Positions 34,576 through 47,869 of a DNA stretch of 64,000 nucleotides are shown here, piece by piece. The notes under the pieces are model-generated. The model saw only the letters and a list, made by a program, of their open reading frames with translations, searched no databases and was not told the origin of the DNA. Numbering within the stretch: the stretch's first letter is position 1; every line of letters starts with the position of its first letter. The position numbers and the translations under genes were made by a program. Origin of the DNA: Ascidiella aspersa (Eukaryota); assembly GCA_963924565.1 (NCBI GenBank), contig OZ004612.1, positions 23,002,001 to 23,066,000 of the forward strand, written 5' to 3'.

Positions 34576-35715
34576 TGTTGCATAATGCTTTTAACTTGTT
34601 TTCTTTTGTCACTGGTGTGTTACTGCGGCAAACGACACATTGAAACATAATGTTCAAAATGTTGGCGTAACATTCCGTCATTGTTATGTGCAATTTCGAA
34701 TAAATGTGATGGCTGGTCCCCATGAAATTAAATAAAAGTTGTGGTTTGCAAAATCTTGACTATTTTTTTATCTCAGGGAACATTAAATTAACGTACAGTA
34801 AGATATTATTTTTCCGCTTTGTAAATTTATTTGTTTACCGCCATTAATTGTTACTCATAAAAAAAATCTTATTCTTTAATCTAGAAAAATATAAAAAGTT
34901 TTATTTACAGCAAATTAGAGAATTGAAGAAAGGTTTGTAATGCTTTTTTGACGTACAACACTTAAATACCACTCTAACAAATATTTTACACATTTGTCAA
35001 CAGTACCATAGCCTTAGTTGTATATCTATGTTTTTTTTAATTGTATTGTACAAGAGTAAAGTAAGACAAGTAAAACATTTAAGACAAACTATTCTTTAAA
35101 TCAGGTCGACAAAATCAGTTCAGTCGTAACATCACAGTTAACCTGACCGAGAAACAAATAACAGTTGGATACTAAAACCTGGTGTAAGACACTTTCCTTG
35201 CAAACAAAGCCACAGTCCAATAAAATAAGAACGTAACTATCTCGTTACCTATTTTGAAAAATATATTACAAGGTTTTCCTTTTAAACGGGTTATATTGGT
35301 CGGTAAAATTATAATATTCAATCGTGTTACATTTAAATGTGAATCTACCGCATTTGTAACGGTTTTGTGTCAATTTGACAATATGTCATACACGTGAATG
35401 CATTAATTAATCAATTTATATAGCTTACCCTAGATGTTAAACTGTTTAATTATTTTTCGTCAAATTGGGTCCGACTTTTATGATGGCATTTTAGAAAATA
35501 GTATTAAATTGAGATAAACTGCGGAGTTTTTCCGAACGGGCTGAGTAAAAACTTACATAAATGTGTTTTATGAACCTCTTATCCTTTTATCGAGAACAAA
35601 AACTTTTCGTGTTTTTGATAGAAGGAGTTTAGTAATAAACGACAAATAAAGTTCACATCTTCGCAGATTCCTGGTTAAAAGAAAATTGCAACTTTTCGAT
35701 CAATATGTCTTAGAT

Positions 35716-36309
35716 CACGAGTCGGCAACCTTTTTGGAGTCGCGGGCCAAAACCAAACTCAGAAAGGTCTATGCGGGCCGCACAAAATGTTAACTAAGAA
35801 TTGTGTTATTAAAATGTTAAAACAACTGTAAATCAGGCGGTCCTCGGATCATTTTTGCAGTTAAAACGTGTTTAATTAAATTTAACAAGACAGTAAAGTG
35901 TTGGCGCATAGCGCGAAAAAAGGCGTTTGTTTGGTTTAAAATTCGAGTCAACACGTCGTCATCCATACTACTAATGAAATGTATAATAGAACTACTTTGA
36001 GGAAACGCGATAACCTTAATATTAAATCTAGTTCAGTATTTGTTAACGTTTACGTTTTCCGTTCGTCCGCGACGCACTTTGCATTCTTCCACGGCGCAAC
36101 GGCAAAGAAGTGCTGATCTAGTTAACAAGACAGTGTAAAAACGTAGACAAACCGGAAGTCTAAACAACAAACGCGCGTAGCGCGAACATTTTTTGCACTT
36201 TCGTAGTTAAAATAGTCAAAAAGTATTTGAATTGGACCCGTGTCTAGTTTGTCAAAGAAGCGGCGGGCCGGATGAATTACATTGGCGGACCGAAGGTTGC
36301 CGACCACTG
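35716..36309. mobile_element. hAT-type MITE
   Basis: TIRs CACGAGTCGGCAACC ... GGTTGCCGACCACTG; TSD TCTTAGAT / TCTTAAAT. Confidence 0.8.
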
Positions 36310-36380
36310 TCTTAAATCAACGCCAAAAGTTTAGCCCGTTTAGTGCTGACCCCTGGCTGAACACTGACAAAAGTGAATAT

Positions 36381-37220
36381 TCGCGCGGCCTGTTGTTTAA
36401 TCTTAAGGCCGACGGTCACCAGGTTGGATAACAACTGCGCTTTGCCGCTCATAGTCGAAACACCTACTGTGTCGACTGGAGCGCGTGGCTATGTTATTGT
36501 TTTTAATGGCGATAAGGCTTTCTGCGATTAAATTATTATTGTTGCTTTATGGACTCTATTATTGTTGCTTTTATGGACACTTTGCACACGTGTGGCTAAA
36601 ATATGTACACAAGCATCATGCAGTGTAACTGGTTTCAGAAGAGACATAAGTAAACATATCAGGGTCGTGGGTTTGTTCAGGAAAAAGCTGAGAAAAGTCC
36701 AGCCGAAAACTCGACCAACTCGCTCAGGATCAAATGTGTTCGTCGCAATTTCGTTACTTTGTAGCCCGCAGTGACAGCCCAAGTGCGAATGAATTCGTTT
36801 TTGGAGATATGCCGCACATATAGCCTTTAAGATTTTGTTCTTTTGAATAAAAAAGTCCCACAAAATTAACTATAACCTTTATCGAGATAACTTTTCTCAA
36901 TTATTGTAACAGTTAAAAAGTAAAGATAGCAAAGTTTGCCACTAGCAGATATTTTATTAAAATAGTGAAATAGTCACTAGCAAATTAAGAATCAAATGTG
37001 ATTTTAATTAATAGAGTAACAAATAATTGCCGCTGATAAAGTTCAATGACAAGAATCGTCGCTGAGTAATGTTGTTTAATTTTACAAGTTAAAGTTTAAT
37101 CTGTCCACCCGCTCCAACCTACGCAGTCTGTGCTTACAACTAGAGCGACATAAAACAGTGTTGTCCTGTCTAATGACCGTCAGCCTTATAATTAAACGAA
37201 GGACAGAACTGGACGTGAGC
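36381..37220. promoter_or_regulatory. Orphan (gene-less) copy of the bidirectional Tbx6 D/E regulatory cassette
   Basis: C/E-type promoter facing left (36381-36490), distal module (about 36580-36790), D-type promoter facing right (about 37090-37220); homologous to 44370-45640 and an inverted counterpart of 47870-48722. Confidence 0.75.
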
Positions 37221-37400
37221 TTCAAATAACCAAATCACAAACGTGTCCCGGTTTTTGGTAACCCCTGCTCTGGCACACAGAAAAACTCATTACACCGAAA
37301 ATAGTTTATTAAAAAGCAATTCGCTTTAAATATAGGTCATAAATTTATCACGAATGAAACTATAGAAAAACAGTGTCGACTCTACATTCACAGAAACATA

Positions 37401-39678
37401 TCAACAAAACAACTGTACTTTGTCGCAAGTAAATAAACTGCCAGAATAATTGGAAAAAATTCCCTCGTCACTTGAGCTCGTTGGTGAAAGATTTAAATCG
37501 TTCTGTTGAACAGGGGACACATGAGGCGATATCAAAGCACTTTCTGGATGTGGAGCAAAATAAGCTGAGTCAGCATACGCTTCGTTAGTTGAAGGCTGGT
37601 AAGTAGCTCCGTCACAAAAAGAAAATTGTTGCGGATGAGAGGGAACACACATCATCGATTCTTCGTAAAAGTTTGGTTGTGGTGCGAAACTGTTGTGTGG
37701 AGGTAGGTGGTAGCCGGAAGTTGTGTCTGCCTGATACGTCATCGTCGGTGACGAATGTGGAAAAAACGCCGTCGACGCGTGGCCGAAATCATTGGTCGGC
37801 GAAGAACTGCTGGTGCACGAGAATGCATCGGGCGATAACTGAGGCTGAAAACTTGTGTAACCGTTCAACTGCTGGGTAGAAGGACAGGCGGGCTGAAGAA
37901 AATTCGTCACGGGAACCTCGCTTCTACAACGTTTGGTCGGTTGTTGGGTGACTTTAGCATTGCTTGTGTAGTCGTCAATGACCGATACGCATCGAGCGTT
38001 CTTTGTTTTGCCTCCGTCGCTTCGGAATCCCCTCGCGAATGGATTGTTCTCGATTTTAAGCTGCGTAACCTGGAAAACAAAATACGTTTTATACTTCACA
38101 TACCACGAAATATTTGTTCAATATTTTACCAAATTAAAATCAAAGCATAAGGGATTAGGTAGGTTTCGTTAGGTTTGGCTTGTTTTTTTACCTCGTGGTT
38201 CTGATAAGCAGTAACGGTGATAAACGTTGTTTGGCGAAACGCAAAAGTGGACATCAGCTCGTATTGAATTCTGGAGACATCACTTGTTCTGACGATGTGC
38301 ACTCGCATTTGATATCGATGCATCGAATGGACGTTAAACTGCGAACATAATATATATATATATATATATAGTCGTTTATCAAAATTTTAACAAGTAAGAG
38401 TAAAAATTGTAAATCAAAAAACTATACAGGCCAGAAATAGTACAAAAAATCGTCAATGATATTTCAAGTTAACCGCAGAATATTTACCTAGTGCAGTAGT
38501 TTTTATGTTCATATTTGTTATTAAAAATGATACTAAAAGTTGTACCTGATCAAGACAAATCAAGTTTGTCAGGAAAATAATTTTCGAGTCATCGAAAACT
38601 GAAGTTACCTTGTCGGAAGCAGTTTGCGAGAATGAGTTCGTGAGTTTGACTTTGTGGAATGAAACCAAATCTTTCATCCATTTGCTTCCGGTAGATGGCG
38701 ACTTGGGGTGAAGGTAAAACTTCGGAGGAAGACGAGGCTCTCCACGACCAGAAACCACCCATTGACCGTTCTAAAACAAGGAAAATTCGATATTGCTTAG
38801 ATTGAATCTCATTATCATTTTTGCTTTTGCGAAAATATTCGAAAGTTTTTTACCAATTTTAAACATATATTTCAACCTTGAAAGTATATCAATCATGCTA
38901 CCCTAGTGATAAAAACACGGGTTATAATACAATATAATTGCAACAATAAATCATTTTGGCGTATGTTCGGTGCATATTTTTAGTTAGTAAGTCAACTGGA
39001 ATAAGTAACAATAGCACTAAGCAAATATTTACCTGGAACTTATAGCGGTTGTCGTCCATGCTTATAACATCCATTAAAACACAATAATGATCGTTGGGAT
39101 CAAGACCAGATAGTTTCACACGATATCCGGGAAAAATGCGCCTGGAGTTGAAAACAATGATATTATTTTGGAGCATGAGATAGGAGATTTTAGCTAGACG
39201 TATAGCAGGAATAACGAAGCCATATAGAAGTGGATAACAACCTAAATGTTTAGAATATACCTTTATTCAATTTTAACAACGATATTGCCTACCTATATAT
39301 GGAATAACATTATTATATCTTAATGATGAAATGTAGCCCAAGTCTTTGTGTTCAATATAACGATGCCAGAAGCAATTTGCGATAAATAAAGCTTTACCTT
39401 CCAGGTTTTGTGACAATCATTTCCGTTTGAGCTGCGGAAAACTTGTTCCATATTTTTACGTCTTGTAAATTGACTGAAAGATTGGGTTCCAATGGAGACA
39501 ACAAGACTTGCGAAAGTTCTACATTACTTTCATGTTTCGTTTGTTGGATTTTTGGGTTATTGACGTCGAGCCCAGTTTCGAAATACGCAATCTGTTCTTG
39601 TGTTCTAACCTGTCGCACATTTTCGCTGGATTGAATCCAAGTCGGTGTAGCCATGTTGTTCAACAATGTACATTCCAT
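37401..39678 (-). CDS. Tbx6-r: T-box transcription factor, Tbx6-related gene C, 455 aa, 5 exons
   Basis: Exons 39398-39678, 39033-39141, 38609-38770, 38192-38338, 37401-38069; GT-AG, open frame; AATAAA at 37305-37310. Confidence 0.92.
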
Positions 39679-40339
39679 TTCAACAAATACTTGAACTTGG
39701 TGTTTGCTGTACTACGATAAACTCGAGAATGATGAGTTTGGAGAAGCGTGCCACTGTTTTTGTAGCGCACGGTCATCGCGGCCTGTTGTTTAATCATAAG
39801 GCCGACGGTCATTAGACAGGATAACAACTGCGCTTTGGCGCTCCTGGTCGAAACACCTACTGTGTCGACTGGAGCGCGTGGCCGGAACTTTATCTTGCGC
39901 CGGACCATTGTAGTAGCAACTTGCAACGATTGCCGCACTTATGTTATTGTTTTTAATTACGATAAGGCGTTCAGCGATAAATGTATTATTGTTGCTTGAT
40001 GTGTTTTACCGTCAACTAATTTGAAACGCTTCATGTTCTTCATTCAATAATAATGATTATCATTGGCGCATATTGATGGAAAAAAATTTTCCAGAAATTG
40101 AAATTGACAATAATGATATACAGGAATTGCGTTTGTTTAAACAACATAATTATTTTCTAGTCACAATTATTGTTTGGCACAATCAAGAGATTAGTATTTT
40201 ACAAGCGAAAAGCATTTTACAAGAGATTAGTATTTTACAAGCGGCATATTTAAAGATGGAATTTGTTAACGATAAATGTGACGTGTTATATTTTGTAACT
40301 GATAACGTCCCACAGTTTACAGTTCCAAGTTAAACAAAA

Positions 40340-40565
40340 TATTTTCTTGGATTGTGGTTCGCGTTGTACACGTGTGTCTAAAAAATGTACACAAGCATCA
40401 TGCAGTGCAACTCGTATCAGAAGAGACATAAGTAGACATGTGAGGGTCGCGGGTTTGTTTACTGAACAGCTGAGAAAAGTACAGCCGAAAATTCGACCAC
40501 CTCGCTCAGAATCAAATGTGTTCGTTGCAATTTTATTACTTTGTAGCCCGCTGAGAGATCCCTAA
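40340..40565. promoter_or_regulatory. Distal conserved module upstream of gene C
   Basis: About 220-bp block with CACGTG, CAGCTG and CCCGCTG (Zic-type); other copies at about 36580-36790, 44870-45070 and 48380-48595. Confidence 0.6.
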
Positions 40566-41530
40566 AGTGCCAAGGACTGCGCTTATTTGTTTTACCCTTC
40601 ATTAGAAAACACATAACGAAACAAGTTTAACAAATATTGAAATTAATTTCACAACAGGTCCAAAAGTTTAAGTTGTGCACACATATCGCCTTCACGATTT
40701 GTTTGAGAAAAATAGCCAATAAACTTTGAAATAATCTTTATCTGGATAACTTTCCTGAATTATTGAAGCAAGTAAAAAATATAGTATGCATATAGTTTAT
40801 CATTAGCAGACATTTTACTAAAACTAGTTAAATAGACAGTAGATAATTAAGAATCAAAGGTGGTTTAAATTGGTAGACCAAACCTAATTACCTATGATAA
40901 AGTTCAGTGACAAGAATCATCGCATCGTATAATCTCGTTTAATATCGCAAGGTAACGTTTAGTCCCCTGGTCTCCAAACCGTGGGTCGCAACTGCGAGTT
41001 GGGTCGCCCCAAATTTTTGTGTGTTCCCATAACTTATCATATACTTCTGCTGTTTTGGTACGATTTGTGCATTTCGTTTTCTTTACAATGTCGTCACTAA
41101 TAAACTGACTGAGTGGATAGCGGAGACACGGTTTCGTTTCTTTTGCATAAAATGGCTGTTTTTAGCTCTCAAGAGCTATCACCTAACGTGATATTTTACA
41201 AATTTAGGATTTCGCAAATTTTTCTTGCAACTCGCATCAGAAGAGACACCAGTACACATTTCAGGGGCTTGGGACTGTTTTATGTCGCTCACGTTAGGAA
41301 ACACCCACTAAGAAGGCTAAAGCGCATGCGTCGTGCACACGAAGAAACCTTAACTGTCGGCACGATTGAGTGAGATTTCGGTGCAAAATTATTCATGATT
41401 TTTTATCAAACAGTAGTTGTTAATAATTCTGTTTGCGATATTCATGTTGTAAGTTGTGCCTTTCGTTCTTCTGACGCTGACAATTTTCATACGTATATCG
41501 GCGTTTCTCGTATTCTGATATCCTTTACAA

Positions 41531-41794
41531 CAGGGGTTCCTAAACTTTTTTACCGCGGACCCACGGCGTAAATTAACGTCTCAATATAAATAGACTTTAT
41601 AAATATGGTGATTTCGTTCCGAAAACAGTGCAACTGCAATGGAATCTAAATACAGTCAGTGCAATACCGTTTTATTTTTAATTAAACCTTTTTTTTTTTT
41701 TTAAATTTTACTTCTTGGAAATATACTAATATTTCAATAAGGCCTCATGGGCCTTCTTATAACTAGCTCACGGGCCCCAGTTTAGAAACCCCTG
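41531..41794. mobile_element. hAT-type MITE
   Basis: TIRs CAGGGGTTCCTAAAC ... GTTTAGAAACCCCTG; perfect TSD CTTTACAA. Confidence 0.88.
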
Positions 41795-42217
41795 CTTTAC
41801 AAAATGCTAGATTTTCTTCAAAATAAGTGTTTAATCAAAACATTCTGATTGTGTCCGCAGGTTAATCAGTGATAAAATTGCTGACGCGTACAGGGTGGTT
41901 GAATGGCAAATTGCTTTAGCTGTTGATATTTGCACAAAACTCGATATAGATAGGTGGCCGCTACTACGTAATTAACATTACAACGAACATTGCTTCGCAG
42001 TTTATAATATTAAAGTTTGTTGCTTAAGCTCACTAATTTAGACTGCTTTGCCTGAAATACTTTAACCGTAGCAAACCGAGTTTTGATGTTAAAAGCTAGG
42101 TCCTAGAAAAAAACAAACACTTTTCCTAAATCAGTAAATTTATGCGAAACAAGGTCCACACGAAAAAGTACCAAAGCGTACACAAAAGCTGGAACGTATG
42201 AAAAACGAATAACAATA

Positions 42218-44274
42218 TTACAACGTAGTAGGACTAAAAAAGTGATTTTCGGTTTCATAACAAACTGGATAACCTTGAAAATTGGATATCGGAGATTCCG
42301 GCGAGCTGAGAGGCGAATAGGAGATACAGTCTGCTTGTTGAACGTTGTAATGCGGCGACATAGAATTGTTTTCTAGTTGGTAAAATGGCGGAGAATAGTT
42401 GGTTTCTTGATAGGCGACTTGGCTGCTGTCTGGCGATGGATAGTTTCCATAATGCCCATGCCCCTCAACCAAAGTTGGTTGCTGCGATACAGTTTCGCTA
42501 ATAAAATGCTCGTTACTCGTGGGATTCTGCCCATATGTCATTAGGGGGGACGTATGTGGGAAGAACACTTGCTGAGGCCCTTGAATAATCCCAGGTGACG
42601 ACGATTGGTTGTATATTCGGTTGTCGTGGGACAAAAACTGGGGTGAAATCTGAGGCTGGAAGCTGGAATAACCGTTTGTAATCTCCATGTTGGCTTGTTG
42701 GCATAGTGACCAGTCGTTGGGGGAAATACTAGGCTTCGTAAATTCGTTTTTGGAACGTTTGGCTGTTTGGTTGCTGATATGTTGCCGCAGATTGCCCGTG
42801 AATTGGTCGACGCCAGATACGCATCTAGCGTTCTTTGTTTTGCCTCCATCACTTCGAAATCCCCTCGCGAATGGATTGTTCTCGATCTTAAGCTGCGTAA
42901 CCTGGAAAACAAAATACGTTTTATACTTCACATACCACGAAATATTTGTTCAATATTTTACCAAATTAAAATCAAAGCATAAGGGATTAGGTAGGTTTTG
43001 TTAGGTTTGGCTTGTTTTTTTACCTCGTGGTTTTGATAAGCAGTGACGGTGATAAACGTTGTTTGGCGAAACGCAAAAGTGGACATCGGTTCGTATTGAA
43101 TTCTGGAGACATCACTGGTTCTGACGATGTGCACTCGCATTTGATATCGATGCATTGAATGGACGTTAAACTGCATAAAAGATAATGTTAAAGATTTTCA
43201 AATAAAACAATTAAATTTTATTGCAACTAAAACTAAAATATTTTGTCAAATTTGCCTTAAATATTAATATTACCTTGTCCGTGTCGCTTTTTGATATTGA
43301 GTTTGTGAGTTTGACTTTGTGAAATGAAACCAAATCTTTCATCCATTTGCTTCCGGTAGATGGCGACTTAGGGTGAAGGTAAAACTTCGGAGGAAGACGA
43401 GGCTCTCCACGACCAGAAACCTCCCATTGTCCATTCTAAAACAAAGAAAATTCGCTATTGCTTGGATTGAACATCGTTCTCATTTTTGCGTTTGCAAAAA
43501 AATACGATTAGGCTTGGGAAATTTACCAATTTTAAACATTTTGTGGCAATTTACCAATGTTTTCAATCTTTGTATATTAATCATGCTACCGTTCTGATAA
43601 ATGTTTGGTCCATGTTTTCACTTAGTAGGTTAACTGGAATAAGTAGCACAAAAACAAATACGATAGCACAAAAATAAATAGTTACCTGGAACTTATAGCG
43701 ATTGTCGTCCATGCTAATAACATCCATTAAAACACAATAATGAGCGTTGGGATCAAGACCAGATATTTTCACTCGATAACCGGGAAATATGCGTCTGTAA
43801 GTTAAAAATATATTTTATGTAATATGCAATGTTTATCCACTTGTTTATATGTATTGACTATATTATAATTCTGTTTTATTAATTATAACTAATATATCTC
43901 TAATATTCACTATTATACATTATATTTGGTAAACTTTTCAGTGTACCTTCCAAAAACAAATAACAGATATTATTAATTAAAATAGAGCTTTACCTTCCAG
44001 GTTTTGTGACAATCATTTCCGTTTGAGCTGCGGAAAACTTGTTCCATATTTCTTGGTCTTGTAACTTGACTGAAAGATGGGGTTCCAATGGAGACATAAC
44101 AACTTGCGAAAGTTCTTGGTCTATTTCAGGTGACATCGGTTGAACTTGGTGGTTATTGGCTTCGAGCCCGGTTTCAAAATACGCAATCTGTTCCTGCCGT
44201 TCAATCGGTCGCACATTTTCACTGGATTGAATCCAAGTCGGTGAGGCCATGTTGTTCAACAATGCACATTCCAT
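42218..44274 (-). CDS. Tbx6-r: T-box transcription factor, Tbx6-related gene D, 460 aa, 5 exons
   Basis: Exons 43994-44274, 43686-43794, 43274-43435, 43024-43170, 42218-42901; GT-AG, open frame. Confidence 0.92.
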
Positions 44275-45723
44275 TTCGACAAATACTTGAACTTGGTGTT
44301 TGCTGTTCTACGATAAACTCGAGAATGATGAGTTTGGAGAAGCGTGCCACTGTATTTGTAGCGCACGACCAGCGCGGCCTGTCGTTTAATCATAAGGCCG
44401 ACGGTCATTATAGACAGGATAACAACTGTTTTATGTCGCTATAGTTGGAAGCACCCACTGCGTAGACTGGAGCGCGTGGTCAGACGAAACGTTATCTTGC
44501 GAAAATTAAACGAGATTGCGGTGATAGTTGTCATTGAAATTTATCAGCGAAAACTATTATAGTTATCCTATGTATTAAAACCACATTTGATTCACAATTT
44601 GCTATTGTCTATTACAATACTTTTAGTAATATATCTCCTAATGACAAACTACGTAATGTTGATTTTGCTAACTGTTACAATATTTCAGGAGATTATGCAG
44701 ATAAAAATTATCTAATTAAACATCGGCTATTTTTAACAATCTTAAAGGCGATATGTGTTGCATATCTCGCAATATTCGCCCTATTGCAAAGTTAATTTCA
44801 ATATTTTTTCAACTTATTTCGTTATGTGTTTTCTAATGAATTTTGCAGCAAGTAAACAGTAAAACAACGAACGCATTTGATCCTGAGTAAACAACGAACG
44901 CATTTGATCCTGAGCGAGATGGTCGAATTTTCGGCTGGAATTTTCTCAGCTGTTCGATAGACAAACCCACGACCTGATATGTTTACTTATGTCTCTTCTG
45001 ATACGAGTTACACTGCATGATGCTTGTGTACTTTTTTTAGCCACACGTGCGCAACGCGAACCATAATCCCAGAAAATATTCTGTTTATTTTGGATCTGAA
45101 AACTGTTGGATTATTCGGGGCAACGTGTCATATTTAATGATAACAAATTCCCTCTATAAATATGATTTCGCTTATAAAAAAGAGTTAATCTCTTGATTGT
45201 GAAAAAACATAATTATAACTATTAAATAATAATGTGCAATAAACAAATACAATTACTGTGTATGATGATTGTCAATGTCAAATTGTTGACAAATCATTGT
45301 TTTCCGTTAAAGTTCGCAAATGATAAATATCAATTTTATTGCACAAATAACATGAGGCGTCTTAAATTAGCTGACGACAAAATCCATTAAGCAACAATAA
45401 TACATTTATCGCAGAAGGCCAATCGCAGTTAAACAAAAAAACAATAACATAAGGGCGGCAATCGTACGAGAATCGTTGCAAGTTGCTACAACAATGGTCC
45501 GGCGCAAGATAAAGTTCCGGCCACGCGCTCCAGTCGACACAGTAGGTGTTTCGACCAGGAGCGCCAAAGCGCAGTTGTTATCCTGTCTAATGACCGTCGG
45601 CCTTATGATTAAACGACAGGCCGCGCTGGTCGTGCGCTACAAATACAGCGGCACGCTTCTCCAAACTCATCATTCTCGAGTTTATCGTAGAACAGCAAAC
45701 ACCAAGTTCAAGTATTTGTCGAA
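44275..45723. promoter_or_regulatory. Bidirectional intergenic region shared by divergent genes D and E
   Basis: Mirror-image proximal modules at both ends (TACAAATA box, GACCAGCGCGGCC, CAGTTGTTATCCTGTC) with one distal module between them. Confidence 0.75.
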
Positions 45724-47699
45724 ATGGAATGTGCATTGATGAACAACATGGCCACGCCGACTTGGATTCATTCCAGTGAAAATGTGCGACCGATTAAACG
45801 GCAAGAACAGATTGCGTATTTCGAAACCGGGCTCGACCTCAATAACCAAAATATCCAACAGAAGAAAACTGAAAGTAATGTCGAACTTTCGCAAGTCGCT
45901 TTGTCTCCATTAGAACCCAATCTTTCAGTCAAGTTACAAGACACCGAAATCTGGAACAAGTTTTCCGCAGCTCAAACGGAAATGATTGTTACAAAACCGG
46001 GAAGGTAAGGCTCTATTTACCAGAAATTGCGTCTGGCATAGTTATATTGAAAACAAAGACTAACATTTCATATTTCAGTTATAATATTGTTATTCCATAT
46101 ATATAAAAGTAGATAAAATCGATGTTAAAATTGAATATAGGCATATTCCAAACGTTCAAGTTGTTACCTACTTTTAAATGGGCTTTGTTATTCTTGCTAC
46201 GTCTAACTACAACCTTCAAACATTATGTTCCAATACAATGCAATTGTTTTCAATTCCAGACGTATTTTTCCCGGATATCGAGTGAAACTATCTGGTCTTG
46301 ATCCCAACGCTCATTATTGTGTTTTAATGGATGTTATTAGCATGGACGACAATCGCTATAAGTTCCAGGTAATTTTTGCTGAAAGTAATTGTCAGTTACA
46401 ATAAGTTAATAAATTGTTGAAAAATCTTCACCATAATTATTATTTATTGCTGATAATAACGAAACGCATTTTTGTTTCGCAGAATGGACAATGGGTGGCT
46501 TCTGGTCGTGGAGAGCCTCGTCTTCCTCCGAAGTTTTACCTTCACCCTAAGTCGCCATCTACCGGAAGCAAATGGATGAAAGATTTGGTTTCATTTCACA
46601 AAGTCAAACTCACGAACTCGTTTTCACAAACTGCTACCGATAAGGTGAATTGTGTGCTCCAATGTTAGTTTTGAATAAAAAGTAATTTCATATTAAAATT
46701 AGCGGATGTACGTTTTGTAGCTATATGATCAATTTATTATTTTATTTCACAGTTCAACGTCCATTCGATGCATCGATATCAAATGCGAGTGCACATCGTC
46801 AGAACCAGTGATGTCTCCAGAATTCAATACGAACCGATGTCCACTTTTGCCTTTCGCCAAACAACGTTTATCACCGTTACTGCTTATCAGAACCACGAGG
46901 TAAGGAACCAAGCAAAACCTAAAAAAACCTACCCAATGCCTAAAGCTTTAATTTTAATTTGGCAAAATATTGCACAAATGGTTCGTGACATGAGAAGTTT
47001 AAAATGTAATTTGTTTAACAGGTTACTCAGCTTAAGATCGAGAACAATCCATTCGCGAGGGGATTCCGAAGTGACGGAGGCAAAACGAAGAACGCTCGAT
47101 GCATATCGGCCGTCGATCATTACGCAAGCAATGCTCAAATCAACCAGCAACCATCCAAACGTTGTAGAAGCGAGGTTCCCGTGACAAATTACCTTCAACC
47201 CGCCTGTCCTCCTATCCAGCAGTTCAATATGACCAATGGTTACACAAGTTTTCAGCCTCAGTTGTCGCCCGATGCATTCTCGTACACCAGCTGTTCTTCG
47301 CCGATCCAAGATTTCGGCAACGCGTCCCAGACATTTTTCCCACATACGTCACCGACGATGAAGTATCAGGCAGACACGACTTCCGTTTACCATCTACCTC
47401 CACCCAACTGTTTCGCCCCACAACCAAGCGTTTACGAAGAATCGATAATGTACGTTCCCTCTCAATCGCAACAATTTTCCTTTAGTGGCGGAGTTACTTA
47501 CCCGCCTTCAACTTATGACGCGATTGTTGACCCAGCTTATTCTGCTCCACATCCGGAAAGTGCTGTAAAATCGCCCCATGTGCTCCCTGTCCAACCAAAC
47601 GATTTATATGTTTCACCAACGAGCTCGAGTGACGAGGGAAATTTTTCCAATTATTCCGACAGTTTGTTTACTTACGACGAAGAACAGTTGTTTTGTTAA
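45724..47699 (+). CDS. Tbx6-r: T-box transcription factor, Tbx6-related gene E, 458 aa, 5 exons
   Basis: Exons 45724-46004, 46260-46368, 46483-46644, 46753-46899, 47022-47699; GT-AG, open frame; AATAAA at 47791-47796. Confidence 0.92.
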
Positions 47700-47869
47700 T
47701 ATGTTTTTGTGTATGTTTAGTCGACACTGTTTGCCAATAGTTTCAATCGTTTTTTTATTTGTCATCCGTATTCAAATCGAATTGTTTTTTAATAAATAAT
47801 TTTCGAGATTACACGTTTTTGAATGAGCCACTAGGGTCATCAAACACCTTCATTTTGTGATTTGGGGCA

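Noticed and set aside
36562-36774. Similar 70-90-aa ORFs (CTRVAKKCTQASCS...) at 36562, 40347 and 48386 suggesting a small protein family
   Set aside because: They are translations of the duplicated distal regulatory module; starts are non-ATG, there is no splice context, and the fourth copy (about 44870-45070) has an indel breaking the frame
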